A DNA stretch of 64,000 bases, from assembly GCA_963762135.1 (NCBI GenBank), contig CAVXJP010000008.1, forward strand, positions 944,824 to 1,008,823. The letters run 5' to 3'. Position numbers and translations under genes: made by a program. Positions 1-9,865 of the stretch are shown in pieces. The stretch's first letter is position 1. Each line of letters starts with the position of its first letter. Source of the DNA: Terriglobia bacterium. GTDB taxonomy: Bacteria; Acidobacteriota; Terriglobia; Bryobacterales; Bryobacteraceae. Below the pieces are notes generated by a model. The model made no database searches. It was not told where the DNA came from and saw only the letters and a list, made by a program, of their open reading frames with translations.

Positions 1-51
1 CGGCTCCAGGGCGGCGCAGGGATGACGCCGCCCGATCTGAAGACCTGCCGA

Positions 52-1950
52 TTACGGTGCCTGATCCGAGGCCGCGCTCCCAATGGCGAGGGTGGTTTGT
101 GCGTTGCAGGAGTTGCTCGCGCACAGCGTCAGACCGAGCGTCCCGGCGGTGGCGGTGGATGGGATTTCGACGTTGACCTGGTAGAGGCCCGCGAAGTTGG
201 GCGCCAGACCGCTGAAGCTCACGGTGAGTGGCACAACGTCTAGATAGGCGGCGAAGGTAGCATCCGCCATGCTCAGCGGAGACGCGGGTGCGGCCTCTCC
301 ATCCACGACCGGAGGCGAAACGGTGCCGCCTCCAGTGAAATAGACCGCAACGGTCTCTCCCGGTAGGGCCGGATTGCCGGCGGTGACCAGCGAGTAGTCC
401 GATGCGTGAAGGACGGCTCCCGGACCGATACCGTTGGCGCCGGCCGAGAAAACTCCGACGGACGTCCCGTGGACAAGCGGCGTGAGTGTGGCCGAGTTCC
501 CATTATTGGTTTTTACCGTGATTGCGGCGATCTGCTGCCCGCTGAGCGAGTAGGGCATGACGACGGAGACCGTGGTGGGCGTAACGGAAATCAACGGGGC
601 GTAGGTGGAGTTGACCTGGACGCGGACGCCGTCGAGCGTCGTCTGCAAGGGGAACGAGTCTGCGACGCTGATTTTGTCGGCGAATCCCGAACCGTTGATC
701 GTAATGATCTCGCCGGGGGAGACGCCGGCGGTGAACAGTGCGTAGCTGGCCGCGTTCTGGATGCCAACCGGGTTGACGTAGACGCCGTTGCCACTGCTGG
801 TGAATTGCGGAGCTCTCATGGCGAGGAAGACGCCAAGATAGGGTCCCACGCCGAAGCCGAGCCGGATGGATCCGTCGGCGCTGAGGAAGTACTGTTTATG
901 ATTGGTGTCATCAGTGTAGCCGGTTCCCGAGTCGGTGGGATATTGGAAATCGTTAGTGTAATCGGTCGTACGTGGAATGAACGCCGACGCCTGTCGCTTG
1001 TGATCCAGGATTAAGCCGTCGTGGGCATAGAACGATCCATAGAATGTGTCCAGGTATGCGGGGCCGGAGTTCTGGACATTCGAAGTGTCGTAACTCATTC
1101 CCGCCTGATAGTAGAGTCCGCTCATCTCCGTGGGCGCGCCGGGCGTATCGTTGGACGGCGTCCTGATGCCGATCCAGAAATCCAGGTAGTTATCCGAGCC
1201 GCCGAAGATCAGGTTGCCGTCGGGGGAAACGAAGAACGTATGATTCCCGTAGATCGCCGGGTTCCCCGAAGTCGAGAACTTCATCTGGCCGACCCCGGAG
1301 CTGAACGAATAGCTGATGCCGGATTGCGTGAACTTGATCGGTGTGGAACTCCCTCCCGCGTAGGCGGTGAGGGCGGCCGATCCGATGCCGCCGTTCCCAT
1401 CGGCGGAGAAGGTCGCGAGCGCGTCGTAAGGATTGGAACTGCCGGGGACGTTGAAATAGGCCATCGTGTAGTTGCCCTGGACGTCAGACACGGTGGCGTT
1501 GTGGGACTGGGTGGCGACGAAGATGTCGTTGAAGGCGGGTCCGGAGGGGGTGGCCACCTCGGTGGTGCTTCCGATGAAACTGCCGCCCGACACCGAACCG
1601 AAGATCTGAACGCCCGTCGTGTTAGGGTTCTGGAGATAGCCGAAACCGCTGGCCGAGATCCGGTAGACGCCTTGGGTGGTGAAGTTGCCCGATCCCTGGC
1701 TCGAGTCTCGCGCATAGCCGTTCATGGTGTAGCTGCCCGCGCCGTCGAAGGTGATCACCCCGTCCAGGATGATGGCCCGCGTGATGCTACCGGAACCGTA
1801 GGTTGTGTCGGTGTAAAACGTCACATGCCGGAAAAGGTAGTCCCCGTTGAGCATGGAATTCCCACTGCCGTCGAATGACTGGGCCTGCGCGGTGGAAAAG
1901 ATCCCGGCAGTGAAAAGGGCGGCCCATGCCGCCAAGTGGATGCGTCGCAT
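52..1950 (-). CDS. Secreted protein with two C-terminal TIGR03437-type (Solibacter uncharacterized C-terminal) repeats
   Basis: 632-aa ORF. Signal peptide MRRIHLAAWAALFTAGIFSTAQAQ. Two C-terminal Ig-like repeats with the motifs QNAASY..GVSPGEIITING and GLAPNFAGLYQVNVEIP. Confidence 0.7.
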   Translation of the reverse strand: MRRIHLAAWAALFTAGIFSTAQAQSFDGSGNSMLNGDYLFRHVTFYTDTTYGSGSITRAIILDGVITFDGAGSYTMNGYARDSSQGSGNFTTQGVYRISASGFGYLQNPNTTGVQIFGSVSGGSFIGSTTEVATPSGPAFNDIFVATQSHNATVSDVQGNYTMAYFNVPGSSNPYDALATFSADGNGGIGSAALTAYAGGSSTPIKFTQSGISYSFSSGVGQMKFSTSGNPAIYGNHTFFVSPDGNLIFGGSDNYLDFWIGIRTPSNDTPGAPTEMSGLYYQAGMSYDTSNVQNSGPAYLDTFYGSFYAHDGLILDHKRQASAFIPRTTDYTNDFQYPTDSGTGYTDDTNHKQYFLSADGSIRLGFGVGPYLGVFLAMRAPQFTSSGNGVYVNPVGIQNAASYALFTAGVSPGEIITINGSGFADKISVADSFPLQTTLDGVRVQVNSTYAPLISVTPTTVSVVMPYSLSGQQIAAITVKTNNGNSATLTPLVHGTSVGVFSAGANGIGPGAVLHASDYSLVTAGNPALPGETVAVYFTGGGTVSPPVVDGEAAPASPLSMADATFAAYLDVVPLTVSFSGLAPNFAGLYQVNVEIPSTATAGTLGLTLCASNSCNAQTTLAIGSAASDQAP

Positions 1951-2080
1951 AAATTAAGACTCCCCTACTATACTCGCTACTACAATGATCGACTTGACGC
2001 GGTTTGGCGGCGCGCCAGGTACAACTCGCGGGGCAACGATAAGAACTCTTTACAATAAAGGTCCCCAGGGTCGTCTAGTC

Positions 2081-3194
2081 ATGTCTCCCGCTGAGCTGCT
2101 CCATTCGATCGATACCCAGGCGCTCTGGTGCGACAAGATCGGCGCGCCCATGTACGCACGGCTGCTGGAGGGGGTGTCGACGGACATGCGTGCCGACGCG
2201 AACCGCTCCGGCGCGTTGTGGCGCATTCTCGATGCTTATCCGACCGAAGATGCCCGCTCATTGTTGCCTGCCCGGTTACTGAGCGCATTGCATGGGCTGG
2301 TACTTGCTGGGGAGATGCCGGAGATCGCAAAATGGTTTCCTTCCGCGGGAGGTGGGGCATCTCCGGACCGTGTCTGGCCGGGCGTGCGGGGCGAGTTGGA
2401 GTGCATGGCGGAGCGGATTCGGGAGGTCCTTCCGGCCACGGTGCAGACCAATGAAATCGGGCGGTGCCGGGCCCTGTTGCCAGGATTCCTCTACCTCGCC
2501 AAGGCGGTGGCGATGCCGCTGCGGCTGCTGGAGATCGGGACCAGCGCGGGACTGAATCTGGCGTGGGATCAATATCGGTATCAGATCGGGGAGTCCGGTT
2601 GGGGCGATCCGGCATCACCAGTGCAGCTCGCCGACGAGTACGCGACGCGATGGGATCCGCCAGCGGTGGACGTGCGGATTCATTCGCGGCAGGGCTGCGA
2701 CCTCAATCCGATTGATCCGGTAACGCCGGAGGGGCGGGCACGGCTGCTATCGTTCGTGTGGCCGGAGAAGCTGGAGCGCTTCCGCCAGCTTGACGCCGCG
2801 ATTCGGCTGCGCCAGTCAGGCGGACATCGAGCCCGAAGATCGAATTGGAGCTGGCCGGCGGCGTCGATTGGGTGGCGCGGAAATTGGCAGAGGCACCGGC
2901 GGTAGGCGTCGCGACCGTCCTGTTTCATTCGGTGATGCTGCCGTATTTAAGTGATGCGGACCAGTCGGAGCTCCGGCGATTTGCTGTATCGAGGCGGGGG
3001 AACGGGCGACCGAGCGGGCTCCGCTGGCGTGGCTGTCCATGGAGCCGGAGGGCGGATTCGGCGCGCCGGTGAAGGGGCAGGAAAAAGAACGGGAGCCGGT
3101 GGTTGATCTGGTGTTGTGGCGCGGCGGAACTCCGGAGCGGGTGCGGGTCGCGACGACCAGCTTTCACGGGACGCACGTCGAGGTTCTATTGTGA
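2081..3194 (+). CDS. DUF2332 family protein, split over three reading frames (two frameshifts)
   Basis: LLEIGTSAGLNLAWDQYRY and VATVLFHSVMLPYLS motifs. The ORF continues in another frame at about 2810-2850 and again at about 2990, ending HGTHVEVLL* at 3194. Confidence 0.55.
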
Positions 3195-3215
3195 TGGGGA
3201 TCGGGACGGGGCGGG

Positions 3216-3923
3216 CTAGGGGCGCTTGAAATACCACAGCCAGAAATACTGATTGCCGGCGCCGTAGGTATAGCGCAGCTCAAAGCCGCAGCGCTCGGCC
3301 ATGGCGCGTGCGGCATCTTCATCGAAGCCGACGCCGTGCCAGGTGTCGCGCGGATTGACGCGATTGTCCTTGGTATAGCCCTGCACCTGGAACTTGAATA
3401 GCTTTCCCGGCTTCAGCAGGCGGTGCACTTCGCGGACGTAATTCTCAATCACCTCGGCGCTGGGGATGTGCTGAAAAACGACCGCGGAATAGCCGAAGTC
3501 GAACTCACCGGAGGGGAGCATCGAAAGATCGTAGCCGTTATTGTGATGGACGTGCGCGTTGGGCCGGTCGGCCAGCGCCTTCGTCGCTTCCTGGACCATC
3601 TGCTGGCTGACGTCGACCGCGTGCACTTCGCCGAACAGGCCCGAGAGCGCGCGGGTCAGGCGTCCGGCGCCGCAGCCGATCTCGACGATCTTCATCTGGC
3701 TGGGGTCCATGCCCTGGTAGATATTTTCGGTGTCGCTGAGGATGTCCTGGTCGATGGCAAGCTGGCCGGAGGCGAAGAAATCTTCGTCGGTCCAGTCCGT
3801 GCGGCCCGTATCGACGTAGTGGCGCGCGTTCTCGCGGGCGCGTTCGTCCCAATCGCGGCTCATACGGCGCGAGAGTTTCCAGCGGGCTATGCGGTCTGCC
3901 AGTCCGAACATCCTTCGATTCAA
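3216..3923 (-). CDS. Class I SAM-dependent methyltransferase
   Basis: 235-aa ORF with SAM-binding motif I VEIGCGAGRLTRAL. Confidence 0.75.
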   Translation of the reverse strand: MNRRMFGLADRIARWKLSRRMSRDWDERARENARHYVDTGRTDWTDEDFFASGQLAIDQDILSDTENIYQGMDPSQMKIVEIGCGAGRLTRALSGLFGEVHAVDVSQQMVQEATKALADRPNAHVHHNNGYDLSMLPSGEFDFGYSAVVFQHIPSAEVIENYVREVHRLLKPGKLFKFQVQGYTKDNRVNPRDTWHGVGFDEDAARAMAERCGFELRYTYGAGNQYFWLWYFKRP

Positions 3924-3951
3924 TTCCTGCTTGATGATTCCCGCGCGGGTT

Positions 3952-4359
3952 CTATTTGAGCGCGGAGAAGGCGGTGGGGTCGAGCCACACGCGATCTACC
4001 TTCTGCACCAGCGCGCCGTCGACTTCCGATTCGGCTTTCTTTTTCTGCCACTCGGGGTCGGCTTGGAAATCGGCCCAATGCTGTTCGGCGACCTTGCGGC
4101 TGGGGTGCTTCAGGATGTAAATCAGCGTGTTCGGCATATCCTCCGGCACGAAGTAACCAACGCTCACCATGCCGTGGCGGTTGAAGATGCGGATGGTGTG
4201 GTCCCGGAAGCGGGCCTTGAGGGCGTCCAGCTTGCCTTCGTTCGTGTGATAGGTGCGGAGTTCGTAGACCTCGGCCGAGGCCAGCGAAGCCAGCATTCCC
4301 AGGGCGAGCAACAGGGTCCCAATTCGGGCGCCAATTCGGGCAAGGATACGGTGCGTCAT
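3952..4359 (-). CDS. NIPSNAP family protein with signal peptide
   Basis: Start chosen at MTHRILARIG. VYELRTYHTNEGKLDALKARFRDHTIRIFNRHGM is typical of NIPSNAP. Confidence 0.65.
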   Translation of the reverse strand: MTHRILARIGARIGTLLLALGMLASLASAEVYELRTYHTNEGKLDALKARFRDHTIRIFNRHGMVSVGYFVPEDMPNTLIYILKHPSRKVAEQHWADFQADPEWQKKKAESEVDGALVQKVDRVWLDPTAFSALK

Positions 4360-4451
4360 GATCGTCCAGTGTACCGCGATCGGGCGCGGAATCGGCCCGC
4401 GCACGCCCGGGTCCCGCTGCATCGCAGTTGCGCCCGAGGTTACGCTGAAGC

Positions 4452-5216
4452 ATGGTCGAGGGCGGGGCAAAGGTCGGGCGCATCCGAATTTATCCGATTA
4501 AGGCATTGGATCCGGTGGAGGTTGGCGAGGCGCGCGTGCTGGCGGCGGGAGGATTCGAAAATGACCGGCGCTGGGCGCTGGTCGATTCCGGCGGCAACTT
4601 TATCAATGGGAAGCGAAATGCGGCGGTGCACGGGATTCGCGCGAGCTATGACCTCGCCTCTATAGAGGTGTCGTTTGGAGGGGCGGTATATTCCCTGACG
4701 CGACAGGTCCCGGAGATCGAAGCGGACCTGTCCACGCTACTGGGCGAGCCGGTCCACTTGCGGGAGAATCCAAAGGCTGGATTTCCGGATGATACCGATT
4801 CGCCGGGTCCGACGCTGGTTTCGACTGAATCGTTGGAAGCGGTGGCGGGGTGGTTCGGGTGGGACGTGGAGCAGGCTCGGCTGCGATTCCGCGCGAACAT
4901 TGAGATCGCGGGCGTGGAGCCGTTCTGGGAGGATCGGCTGTACGGCGCCGACGTTCGCCTGGGAGACGTGACGTTGACTGCGGTGAATGCCTGCCAGCGT
5001 TGCATCGTGCCTTCGCGGGACCCCCAGCCCGCTGCCATGCCGCCCGCAATGGAGAAGCAGTTCGCGAAACGCTTCGCCGAACTGAGGGAGCGGCACCTGC
5101 CGGCTTGGGCGGATCCGGGCGACTTCAGCCACTATTACCGGTTCGCCGTGAATACCCGGGCGAGCGCAGATCAGGCCGGGAAGTCGATCCGCGCCGACGA
5201 TCCCGTTTCCGTCTAG
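4452..5216 (+). CDS. MOSC domain-containing protein
   Basis: N-terminal beta-barrel motif VGRIRIYPIKALD and the conserved cysteine region CQRCIVPSRDP. Confidence 0.7.
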   Translation: MVEGGAKVGRIRIYPIKALDPVEVGEARVLAAGGFENDRRWALVDSGGNFINGKRNAAVHGIRASYDLASIEVSFGGAVYSLTRQVPEIEADLSTLLGEPVHLRENPKAGFPDDTDSPGPTLVSTESLEAVAGWFGWDVEQARLRFRANIEIAGVEPFWEDRLYGADVRLGDVTLTAVNACQRCIVPSRDPQPAAMPPAMEKQFAKRFAELRERHLPAWADPGDFSHYYRFAVNTRASADQAGKSIRADDPVSV

Positions 5217-5340
5217 ACGCGGGCCTGGGGATTCAACGGCGCGCGAAATCTGCTAGGGTGCCACGTGTAAGATGCGACGTGTAGGATACGACGTATACCC
5301 GAAGCGTTTTCCCTTCTGAATTTCCCAAACGAGGCACTCG

Positions 5341-5898
5341 ATGAACCGATCGAAATACGCACTTCCCGTAATCGCCGTGGCGATGCTGCTGGCCTGGATC
5401 AACTTGCGCGGGCAACAGGAGCCGGCGCTCACTGCGATGGACTATGTGGAGATCGAACAACTGATCTATCGCTACGCGCACGCCATCGATACCTGCGCGA
5501 ACAACGGCTATGACTATGCCGACCTCTACACGCCGGACGGCACCTTCACCGATAACGTGACCGATGAAGGCTATGGACAAGGAGGGCTGGTTCGGGCGCA
5601 TGGGCGCGAGGAACTGGCGCAAGCCGCCGGCGGAGGTGAGCTGGGTTGCAAGGACGTCGGCTGGAACGGCTGGAGCCACCTGCTGCTGAATCCGGTGATT
5701 ACGCCCGCGCCCGGTGGCGCTCGAGGGCGCACCTATCTGGTGACGATCGGGGCGAACGGGCCGAACTCGGTGGAGCGCTTCGGCGGCTATGAGGATTTCT
5801 ACGTCAAGACCGACGAGGGGTGGCGCATCAAATCCCGAACACACGTACGGAACAAGGCCTGGCACAATCCGCTGTTGCAGTCGCCGGATTTGAATTAA
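5341..5898 (+). CDS. SnoaL-like / NTF2 family protein, secreted
   Basis: 185-aa ORF. Signal peptide, then the EIEQLIYRYAHAIDT pattern typical of SnoaL_4/NTF2-like folds. Confidence 0.55.
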   Translation: MNRSKYALPVIAVAMLLAWINLRGQQEPALTAMDYVEIEQLIYRYAHAIDTCANNGYDYADLYTPDGTFTDNVTDEGYGQGGLVRAHGREELAQAAGGGELGCKDVGWNGWSHLLLNPVITPAPGGARGRTYLVTIGANGPNSVERFGGYEDFYVKTDEGWRIKSRTHVRNKAWHNPLLQSPDLN

Positions 5899-5971
5899 GG
5901 TGACTTGAATTGATGCACGGCGGCTCGGCGCGCGATGGATGCAACATCTGCCATGCGCCTCGGTCCAGTGG

Positions 5972-7597
5972 CTATTCTTCCGCGGTGTACACGACCCGCC
6001 CGCCCACCATCGTCAACGTCGGGCGAATGTTCTTGATCTCGGCCTCCGGCACGGTCATGTAGTCCTGATTCAGTACGATCAGGTCCGCCTGCTTGCCGAC
6101 CTCCAGGGAGCCGAGCGCGTCTTCCTGAGAAAACAGATAGGCATTGGATCGCGTGTGAGCCGTAAGCGCCTCTTCGCGCGTCAGCGTCTGGTCGAGCACA
6201 TGGTTGCCGCCGGCGTCGAGACCGCTCACCACCCATCCCAGCGTCACGAACGGGCTGTAGTGCGAAACGATCGTCGCATCCGTGCCGAGTCCGAAGATGA
6301 TCCCACTGTCCGCGATATCCCGAAGCGGCATGGGAGCGGCAGCCTGCATCGCGGCGCCGTGAACGCCCAGCGTCATGCCCAGCGCTTTCGCCCGCTTGAT
6401 ATTGGCCGGCGAGATGTCATAGACGTGGCCGAGCGTCCAACGCAGGCCAGTGATCGGTTGGGTTTCATTCACCGTTTCCAAAGTGTCAAGCAGATCGGTG
6501 ACTGCGGAGTTGTTGATCACATGTTCGTGAACATGCCATCCGGCCTTCGCGGCCGCCGTCGCCAACTTGCCGTATTCGTTCATGATCTCGGCGGGCCAGG
6601 GATCGGGGCGGGGCGCCAAATCGAAGAACGGCCGATAGAGCGTCTCCGCCAATCCATAAACCCCGAACTGGCCGTCGAACTGGTTGGGCTTGGTGCTCTC
6701 GATGAGCTTCGCCGCTTCCGCCGCCGAGTCGGGATCGGTCGCATTCACGGGTAGGATCTCCCATAACCGAACCGGGAGCGGCCCTTGTGCGGCGCGCTCG
6801 GCCAGCAACGGCGAACGGCTCAGGCTATAGATGCCAGTGAGCCCGACGGCGTTCATCTCCTGCAGGAAGTCGGTCAGGTTTTGCTCGCGCTGCTCGGGGG
6901 AGGGTGTTGGCATCGCGTCGTAGAGCGCTGTCGGCGGTTGAAACGAGACCAGCCCCGCAGCGCTCCGGCGAGCTCCATCGGCAGGATCCAATCCAACGGC
7001 CTGAAGCGCCAGCGTATTGGCGTACACCTGGCTGTAGCCTTCCTGAACGAACAGCGGATTGTCCGGCGCGACCCCGTCCAGTTCCTCCAGCGTGAAGCCG
7101 CCTGGGGCGTCGGCAAACTGGCGTGGCGTCCAACCGCCCTGCACCATGATCCAGTCGCCGGGGTGGAGGCTCGCCGCCTTGTCCGCTAGAATCTTCAGCG
7201 CCTCGGCGCGCGAGCTGACCCCTTCAAAGCGCGCTTGCTGGTGCCATCGATCCACCGCGCGCGTGAAGTGGAAATGATTGTCGATCAGGCCCGGGATGAC
7301 GGTGGCGCCCTCAACGTTGATGACCCGGGTGGCGGGGCCCGCGTACTGCGCCATCTCGTCGCTGCCGCCGGTGGCGATGATGCGGCCATCCTGGATCGCC
7401 AGCGCTTCGACCACGCCGAAGGTCTCATCGACGGTCAGGACTTTGCCGTTCGTCACCACGGTGTCCGCGGTGACCGCATTCTGCTGCGAGCAGGCCGCCG
7501 TTCCGAGGACCACCGCGGCAGCGGCGAACGCGAGGCTCCAGTTCTCGAGCCGCTTTCGCAAGTTGTATCCGCCGAGTTCGGTGTGGGCGATCTGCAT
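5972..7597 (-). CDS. Amidohydrolase family (Amidohydro_3) metallo-hydrolase, probable lipoprotein
   Basis: 541 aa. GLIDNHFHF metal-binding motif. N-terminal LGTAAC lipobox-like signal. Confidence 0.75.
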   Translation of the reverse strand: MQIAHTELGGYNLRKRLENWSLAFAAAAVVLGTAACSQQNAVTADTVVTNGKVLTVDETFGVVEALAIQDGRIIATGGSDEMAQYAGPATRVINVEGATVIPGLIDNHFHFTRAVDRWHQQARFEGVSSRAEALKILADKAASLHPGDWIMVQGGWTPRQFADAPGGFTLEELDGVAPDNPLFVQEGYSQVYANTLALQAVGLDPADGARRSAAGLVSFQPPTALYDAMPTPSPEQREQNLTDFLQEMNAVGLTGIYSLSRSPLLAERAAQGPLPVRLWEILPVNATDPDSAAEAAKLIESTKPNQFDGQFGVYGLAETLYRPFFDLAPRPDPWPAEIMNEYGKLATAAAKAGWHVHEHVINNSAVTDLLDTLETVNETQPITGLRWTLGHVYDISPANIKRAKALGMTLGVHGAAMQAAAPMPLRDIADSGIIFGLGTDATIVSHYSPFVTLGWVVSGLDAGGNHVLDQTLTREEALTAHTRSNAYLFSQEDALGSLEVGKQADLIVLNQDYMTVPEAEIKNIRPTLTMVGGRVVYTAEE

Positions 7598-8054
7598 GAA
7601 ATTCTACCTCTGCATCTGAAGCCGGTGACGGGCTAAGGGAGCGCGAGGATCCCGAAGGGATGCGCCATCCACCGTTCCACCAGGATACTGGAGCGGCTGG
7701 ATTCCGGGCACGGCAAGTGACAGGGAAGGTCTGCGGTGCACATCCTAAATCATTAGACGGGCCTAGAGCTGATCGATGGGACGAATGGAGCTGCATCGCC
7801 TTTCGCCTGTACGCAAGAAACATTCCCCAGATCCGCCGACTCCTCATACCCCATTTAGGATCAGCATTTTACTGATTCCAGGAACGATCAAAAAGGATTT
7901 CCTGGCACGTGTGTCGGCGCCACTGTCGGCAAGTTAGCCAGAAACCGCGTTCTGGAATAACTATGCGGTAAACTTCCCACAACCCGACTTCCGGCCGCGC
8001 TGCTATCCTGAAACTAACGTTCCGGTTTGCCGCAAGTAGAACTGAACGAACACA

Positions 8055-9302
8055 TTGATGCAGCATTTTTCCGACCTCAATCTTTGCTCCGCGTTGCGGA
8101 ACAACCTCGAGAAGAACGAATTCGTCACTCCAACGCCGGTCCAGGCGCAGGCCATCCCGCCACTCATGGAAGGGCGCGACGTCGTGGCGACCGCGCAGAC
8201 CGGCACGGGCAAGACTCTGGCGTTCTCGATTCCCCTCATTGAAGCGCTCGCCGCCGTTCCCCGCGCCAAAAAAGTCAAAGTCCTGATTCTCAGCCCCACA
8301 CGGGAACTTGCCATTCAGATCGATGAGGCATTCCGGGAACTCGCCCATGGCATGCGCATCGGCACTGCCGTGGTTGTGGGCGGCATGAGCGAGGCCAATC
8401 AATTGCGCGACATTAAGGCCGGGGCCGAAGTAGTGATCGCGACGCCGGGCCGTCTCTGTGACTATCTGGACCGGAGGCTGATCGATCTTTCCGGCGCCAC
8501 CACCGTGGTTCTGGACGAGGCCGATCGGATGCTCGATATGGGCTTCTTGCCCTCGCTGCGCATCATCTTCGATAAGGTTCCCAAGCAACGCCACACCATG
8601 CTGTTCTCGGCGACGATGGGGCAATCGGTGGCGGGCCTGGTCGCCAGCTACGTGCGCGATCCGGTATGGATCGAAGTGGAGGCGTGCGCGGAAACGTCCG
8701 CCGCGATTGATTTCTTCTGTTATGAAGTCGCGCAGGGTTCCAAGTTTGATCTGCTTGAGTATCTGCTGAAGCATGAGGAAGGCTCATTCCTGGTCTTCGT
8801 AGCCACCAAAGAGGGCGCCGACAGGCTCACCATGTTTCTGGAGCGTGGGCGGCACAAAGTTGCCTCGATCCACGGCGGACGCTCGCAGAGCCACAGGAAC
8901 AAAGCCCTGCAGGGCTTCAAGGACGGTGTTTACCGCGTACTGGTGGCCACCGACGTGGCAGCGCGCGGGATTCATGTGGATGACATCGCGCATGTCGTGA
9001 ACTACGATTTGCCGCAGGAGCCGGAAAACTTCGTTCATCGCGTCGGGCGCACGGGCCGTGCCGGCGCAAGGGGCGCCTCCTGGACCTTTGTGACCCCGCA
9101 CGAACACTCCGACGTACGCAGCTATGAGCGCGCGCTGGGGATTCAGGTGCAGTGGCGGGAATTGCCGCCGCTGCCGAGGCCGATCGGAAAGATCGACGAT
9201 CTGGATGCGTTTCTGGCTTCGATGGGCGCCAGCCAGCTGTCGGGCAACGAGCCGAAGCCGGCAACCAAGAGAAGCCCGCCGCGCAGCCGGCGGCGTCGCT
9301 GA
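8055..9302 (+). CDS. DEAD-box ATP-dependent RNA helicase (RhlE-like)
   Basis: Motifs AQTGTGKT, DEAD, SAT, HRVGRTGRAG. Basic C-terminal tail. Confidence 0.9.
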   Translation: MMQHFSDLNLCSALRNNLEKNEFVTPTPVQAQAIPPLMEGRDVVATAQTGTGKTLAFSIPLIEALAAVPRAKKVKVLILSPTRELAIQIDEAFRELAHGMRIGTAVVVGGMSEANQLRDIKAGAEVVIATPGRLCDYLDRRLIDLSGATTVVLDEADRMLDMGFLPSLRIIFDKVPKQRHTMLFSATMGQSVAGLVASYVRDPVWIEVEACAETSAAIDFFCYEVAQGSKFDLLEYLLKHEEGSFLVFVATKEGADRLTMFLERGRHKVASIHGGRSQSHRNKALQGFKDGVYRVLVATDVAARGIHVDDIAHVVNYDLPQEPENFVHRVGRTGRAGARGASWTFVTPHEHSDVRSYERALGIQVQWRELPPLPRPIGKIDDLDAFLASMGASQLSGNEPKPATKRSPPRSRRRR

Positions 9303-9578
9303 ATGTGTTGTCCAGAAGTCCGGTTTCGGCAAGCTGGCTGACGGACCCCATTAACACATTCGATTTGGTGATCGCTCCCGGGGTTATCGCTCCTGGATTG
9401 TTGGCAATCCACAAGTCGATACGGCGTTAGGGGAAATATTTCCGAGTTGCCGCGCTTGGCTTTCGGATCGTCAGAAACACGCTCCTCTAGAGGATTTCCG
9501 CTCCAGGGTTACGGCCCTCGGTTTGGTCCGCGACGTCGCTTGCCGTTGCGCAAGGCCTTGAAAGAAGGGAAGGGATTT

Positions 9579-9654
9579 TGGTGGACGGCATGGGGATCGA
9601 ACCCACGACCTCAGCATTGCGAACGCTGCGCTCTCCCAACTGAGCTAGCCGCCC
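9579..9654 (-). tRNA. tRNA-Ala (anticodon CGC)
   Basis: Hand-folded 76-nt cloverleaf GGGCGGC..GCCGTCC-A-CCA. It has the G3:U70 pair, anticodon loop TTCGCAA, T-loop GGTTCGATCC and an encoded CCA. Confidence 0.9.
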
Positions 9655-9865
9655 ACAGCGAAGACTTACACCTTAAGAATAGCACGTGAGGGCAAGGATT
9701 CGACCCTGTGAGGTGAGCCTTTGGGAGGCCGGATTCGGCCGAATCGGAGCCCGCGGCCGGGTTCGGCGGAGCCCGCGGGGCGGCGCATTGCGAACTGGTT
9801 ACAGAAGTGGGAAATTGCGCGGGGAATGTTGCTAACCCCCGGGGAAACGAAGGAAACTAGAGAAA

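Noticed and set aside
9447-9689. 80-aa ORF in the six-frame track.
   Set aside because: It overlaps tRNA-Ala(CGC) on the opposite strand, so it is an artefact.
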